Origin: Phyllobates terribilis
Lineage: Eukaryota
Reading direction: 5' to 3'
Assembly (NCBI RefSeq): GCF_046119375.1
Contig: NW_027362764.1
Location: 189,038,001 to 189,102,000 of the forward strand
DNA length: 64,000 nt
In this document: in pieces, positions 60,212-64,000 of the stretch
How the letters are laid out: each line of letters starts with the position of its first letter
Numbering within the stretch: the first letter of the stretch is position 1
The notes under the pieces: model-generated
What the model was told of the DNA's origin: nothing
Database searches by the model: none
The model's input: the letters and a program-made list of their open reading frames with translations, nothing else
Program-made: the position numbers and the translations under genes

Positions 60212-61859
60212 CAGTTAGTTCCATATATATTTGGACAGAGACAACATTTTTCCAATTTTGATTCTAGACATTACCACAATGAATTTTAAACAAAACAATT
60301 CAGATGCAGTTGAAGTTCAGACTTTCAGCTTTCATTTGAGGGTATCCACATTAAAATTGGATGAAGGGTTTAGGAGTTTCAGCTCCTTAACATGTGCCAC
60401 CCTGTTTTTAAAGGGACCAAAAGTAATTGGACAAATTAAATAATTGTAAATAAAATGTTAATTTCAAGTACTTGGTTGAAAACCCTTTGTTGGCAATGAC
60501 TGCCTGAAGTCTTGAACTCATTGACATCACCAGACGCTGTGCTTCCTCCTTTTTGATGCTCTGCCAGGCCTTCACTACGGTGGTTTTCAGTTGCTGTTTG
60601 TTTGTGGGCCTTTCTGTCTGAAGTTTAGTCTTTAACAAGTGAAATGCATGCTCAATTGGGTTGAGATCAGGTGACTGACTTGGCCATTCAAGAATATTCC
60701 ACTTCTTTGCTTTAATAAACTCCTGGGTTGCTTTGGCTTTATGTTTTGGGTCATTGTCCATCTATGATATGAAATGACGACCAATCAGTTTGGCTGCATT
60801 TGGCTGGATCTGAGCACACAGTATGGCTCTGAATACATCAGAATTCATTCGGCTGCTTCTGTCCTGTGTCACATCATCAATAAACACTAGTGACCCAGTG
60901 CCACTGGCAGCCATGCATGCCCAAGCCATCACACTGCCTCCGCCGTGTTTTACAGATGATGTGGTATGCTTTGGATCATGAGCTGTACCACGTCTTCGCC
61001 ATACTTTTCTCTTTCCATCATTCTGGTAGAGGTTGATCTTGGTTTCATCTGTCCAAAGAATGTTCTTCCAGAACTGTGCTGGCTTTTTTAGATGTTTTTT
61101 AGCAAAGTCCAGTCTAGCCTTTTTCTTCTTGATGCTTATGAGTGGCTTGCACCGTGCAGTGAACCCTCTGTATTTACTTTCATGCAGTCTTCTCTTTATG
61201 GTAGATTTGGATATTGATACTCCTACCTCCTGGAGAGTGTTGTTCACTTGGTTGGCTGTTGTGAAGGGGTTTCTCTTCACCATGGAGATTATTCTGCGAT
61301 CATCCACCACTGTTGTCTTCCATGGGCTCTCAGGTCTTTTTGCATTGATGAGTTCACCAGTGCTTTCTTTCTTTCTCAGGATGTACCAAACTGTAGATTT
61401 TGCCACTCCTAATATTGTAGCAATTTCTCGGATGTTTTTTTTTTTTTTTTGCAGCTAAAGGATGGCTTGTTTCACCTGCATGGAGAGCTCCTTTGACCGC
61501 ATGTTTACTTCACAGCAAAACCTTCCAAATGCAAGCACCACACCTCAAATCAACTCCAGGCCTTTTATCTGCTTAATTGAGAATGACATAACGAAGGGAT
61601 TGCCCACACCTGTCCATGAAATAGCCTTGGAGTCAATTGTCCAATTACTTTTGGTCCCTTTAAAAACAGGGTGGCAAATGTTAAGGAGCTGAAACTCCTA
61701 AACCCTTCATCCAATTTTAATGTGGATACCCTCAAATGAAAGCTGAAAGTCTGAACTTCAACTGCATCTGAACTGTTTTGTTTAAAATTCATTGTGGTAA
61801 TGTCTACAACCAAAATTAGAAAAATGTTGTCTCTGTCCAAATATATATGGACCTAACTG
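60212..61859 (-). mobile_element. Tc1-1 family, copy 2
   Basis: CAGTTAG...CTAACTG ends; TA at 60210-11 and 61860-61; near-identical to 3231-4876. Confidence 0.96.
60465..61502 (-). pseudogene. Tc1 transposase (DD34E) with frameshifts
   Basis: ATG at 61502; poly-A slippage at ~61435-50; frameshift ~60765; ancestral stop TAG changed to TTG at 60465-67. Confidence 0.92.
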
Positions 61860-62086
61860 TATAATCATATTCATACACAGTGTGTAAGTACAGTAAGTGC
61901 TTCAGTACATACTTCAGGGCAAAATACCCTTATTCACCCATCTTTCACACAAAAGGTTTTAATTAGGAGCTATCCCTGGTTTTCTTTCACTTCCCTAGTT
62001 CAGATGAGGCCTGGCTTGACACATAGTGGAGAACCCCAGAGTGGTACTTTAATCCCTTTTGACTTTTATTGGACCATAATACCATA

Positions 62087-64000
62087 TATCATAGAATAAT
62101 AGAATGTTAGAGTTGGAAGGGACCTTCGGGTCATCGTGTCCAACCCCCTGCTCAATGCAGGATTCACTAAACCATCTCAGACAGATGTCTGTCCAGCCTC
62201 TGTTTGAAGACTTCCATTGAAAGAGAACTCACCACCTCTCTTGGCAGACTGTTCAACTCATTGATCACCCTCACTGTCAAAAAGTTTTTTCTTAGATCTA
62301 ATCTGTATCTTTTCCCTTTCAGATTCATTACATTGCTTCTTGTGTTTCTATGTGCAAATGAGAATAAGGATGATCCCTCTATACTGTGACATCCCTTCAG
62401 ATATTTGCAGACAGCTATTAAGTCTCCTCTTAGCCTTCTTTTTTTGCAAGCTAAACATTCCCAGATCTTTTAACCATTCCTCATAGGACATAGTTTGCAA
62501 TCCGCTTACCATCTTGGTATCTCTTCTCTGAACTTGCTCCAATTTTTTTACGTCTTTTTCAAAATGTGGGCACAGTATTCCTCTGACCGAGGAGGAGTAG
62601 AGGGGGATAATTATTTCACGTGACCTATACTCCATGCTTCTCTTAATACATCCCAGAACAGTGTTTGCCTTTTTTGCTGCTACATCACACTGTTGACTTA
62701 TTTGCAGTCTGTGATCTATTAGTATACCCAAGTTTTTTTCACACGTGCAGTTGCTTAGTTCTATTCCTCCCATTTTGTAGATGTATTTTTCATTTTTTTT
62801 GCCCAGATGTAGAATCTTGCATTTCTCCCTGTTAAATACCATTCTATTAGTCGCTGCCCGTTGTTCAAGCTTATTTAGATCCTCCTGAATCCTTTCTCTG
62901 TTTTCTCTAGTGTTAACTATCCCTCCTATACTTTGCATCGTCTGCAAATTTGATTAGCTTACCTTCAGTTCCCTTCTAACTCTTGCCCTGCATTCACTGC
63001 ATTAGATTCTTCTTTAGATATGCTCCCTTCTTTCCATTTGATATACAGTACATTTCTTTTTTCTCTTTTTAGCAAGTGTTTAAATTCTGTGTTCATCCAT
63101 CCTGGTCTCTTTAAATGCTTCCAATTCTTCCTTCTTTCTTTTTGGGATTATTTCTGATAGTGCAGTGAGAATCTCAGTTAGCAAAAGCACCCATCCTTTT
63201 TGGACATTTCTGTCCTTTAGATCATCCAGCAATTGGACCTTTAATACCCTCTTTCTGAGTCCATTAAAATCTGCCTTTCTGAAGGCCAGCCTTAAAGTCC
63301 GAGTCCTCACAGGTCTTCTTCCTCTTGTAATCCAAAATTCAAAGATAGCATGTTTACTGCCTCCTAAATTCCTAGCCACCTTTACTTCCTCAACCATTTC
63401 CTACCTGTTGGTAAGAATTAGGTCCAAGATGGCAGATCCTCTTGTTCTCTCTTCTACCTTTAGAAAGATAAAGTTGTCACCGGGAGAAGATAAACTTTTT
63501 CTGGACCCATTACTTTTGCCTGAGGGAGATTCACAATAAATATATGGATAGTTAAAATCTCCCATGATCACTATGTCATACTTTTTTGAGAACAAAGACA
63601 TCTGATGTAAAAAGAGTTCATCCATATATTCAGTCTGTCCAGGGGGCCTATAGTAAACACCTACAATAGTGTCCTTTGTGTTCCTCTCTCCCTGTATTCT
63701 TACCCAAAAAGTTTCTACAGAGCTACCATTCTCTGAAGCTTGGATCTCTGTGGAAACATACGCTTTCCTAATATACAATTGAACAGCTCCTTCCCTTTTG
63801 TTAAGCCTGTTTCTTATAAATAAGTTGTAGCCTTCAAGGTTTGTATTCCAATCATGTGTGTCATCCCACCAATTTTCGGTGATGCTATGACATCATATCT
63901 CTCTTCCTGTTTTAGCAGCTTCAATTTTCCTTGTTTGTTTCACATACTCTGTGCATTTGTATAGACACATTTTAGTTTGTAGTCGGTTTCTCATGCTCCT
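62087..64000 (-). mobile_element. CR1 LINE, ORF2 endonuclease joined to the RT C-terminus by a large internal deletion; runs off the window
   Basis: VGVYYRPP and IMGDFNYP (EN); FNREKCKILHLG, LEQVQRR (RT C-terminus); ATTCTATG-like 3' tail at ~62087-62105; deletion junction ~62960-62990. Confidence 0.92.

Overview
Eukaryotic, vertebrate DNA; the repeat families look anuran (frog), which is an inference. The window is almost entirely nested transposable elements, with no intact protein-coding gene. It holds two copies of a large BED-finger hAT element (family A: 63-9474 +, 17987-39016 -). The second copy has a different hAT (family B: 24620-35349 -) inserted into its transposase. Also present: Tc1/mariner elements (two copies of a long-TIR DD34E family, a short-TIR DD34E element, a DD37E/TRT remnant, older fragments); a gypsy-type LTR family (two solo LTRs plus one non-autonomous two-LTR element with a tRNA-Ser PBS); L1, L2 and CR1 fragments; hAT, Harbinger and T2/Kolobok MITEs; and several satellites inside the elements. 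Most notable: (i) a ~330-bp hammerhead-ribozyme retrozyme family, present as a monomer with an intact type I core and as a 2.1-mer with a 10-bp TSD, plus several Penelope-type minimal hammerheads; (ii) two insertions sharing a TSD-X-arm-core-inverted arm-TSD layout, one a 490-bp apparently perfect inverted repeat; (iii) Pack-like hAT 3' regions carrying an 18S rRNA fragment, an internal L1 RT fragment and sense or antisense transposase pieces; (iv) a conserved PBS-like motif with an upstream hairpin inside every LTR, and a two-LTR element with discordant U5 ends. All comparisons were made by eye; no database searches were run.
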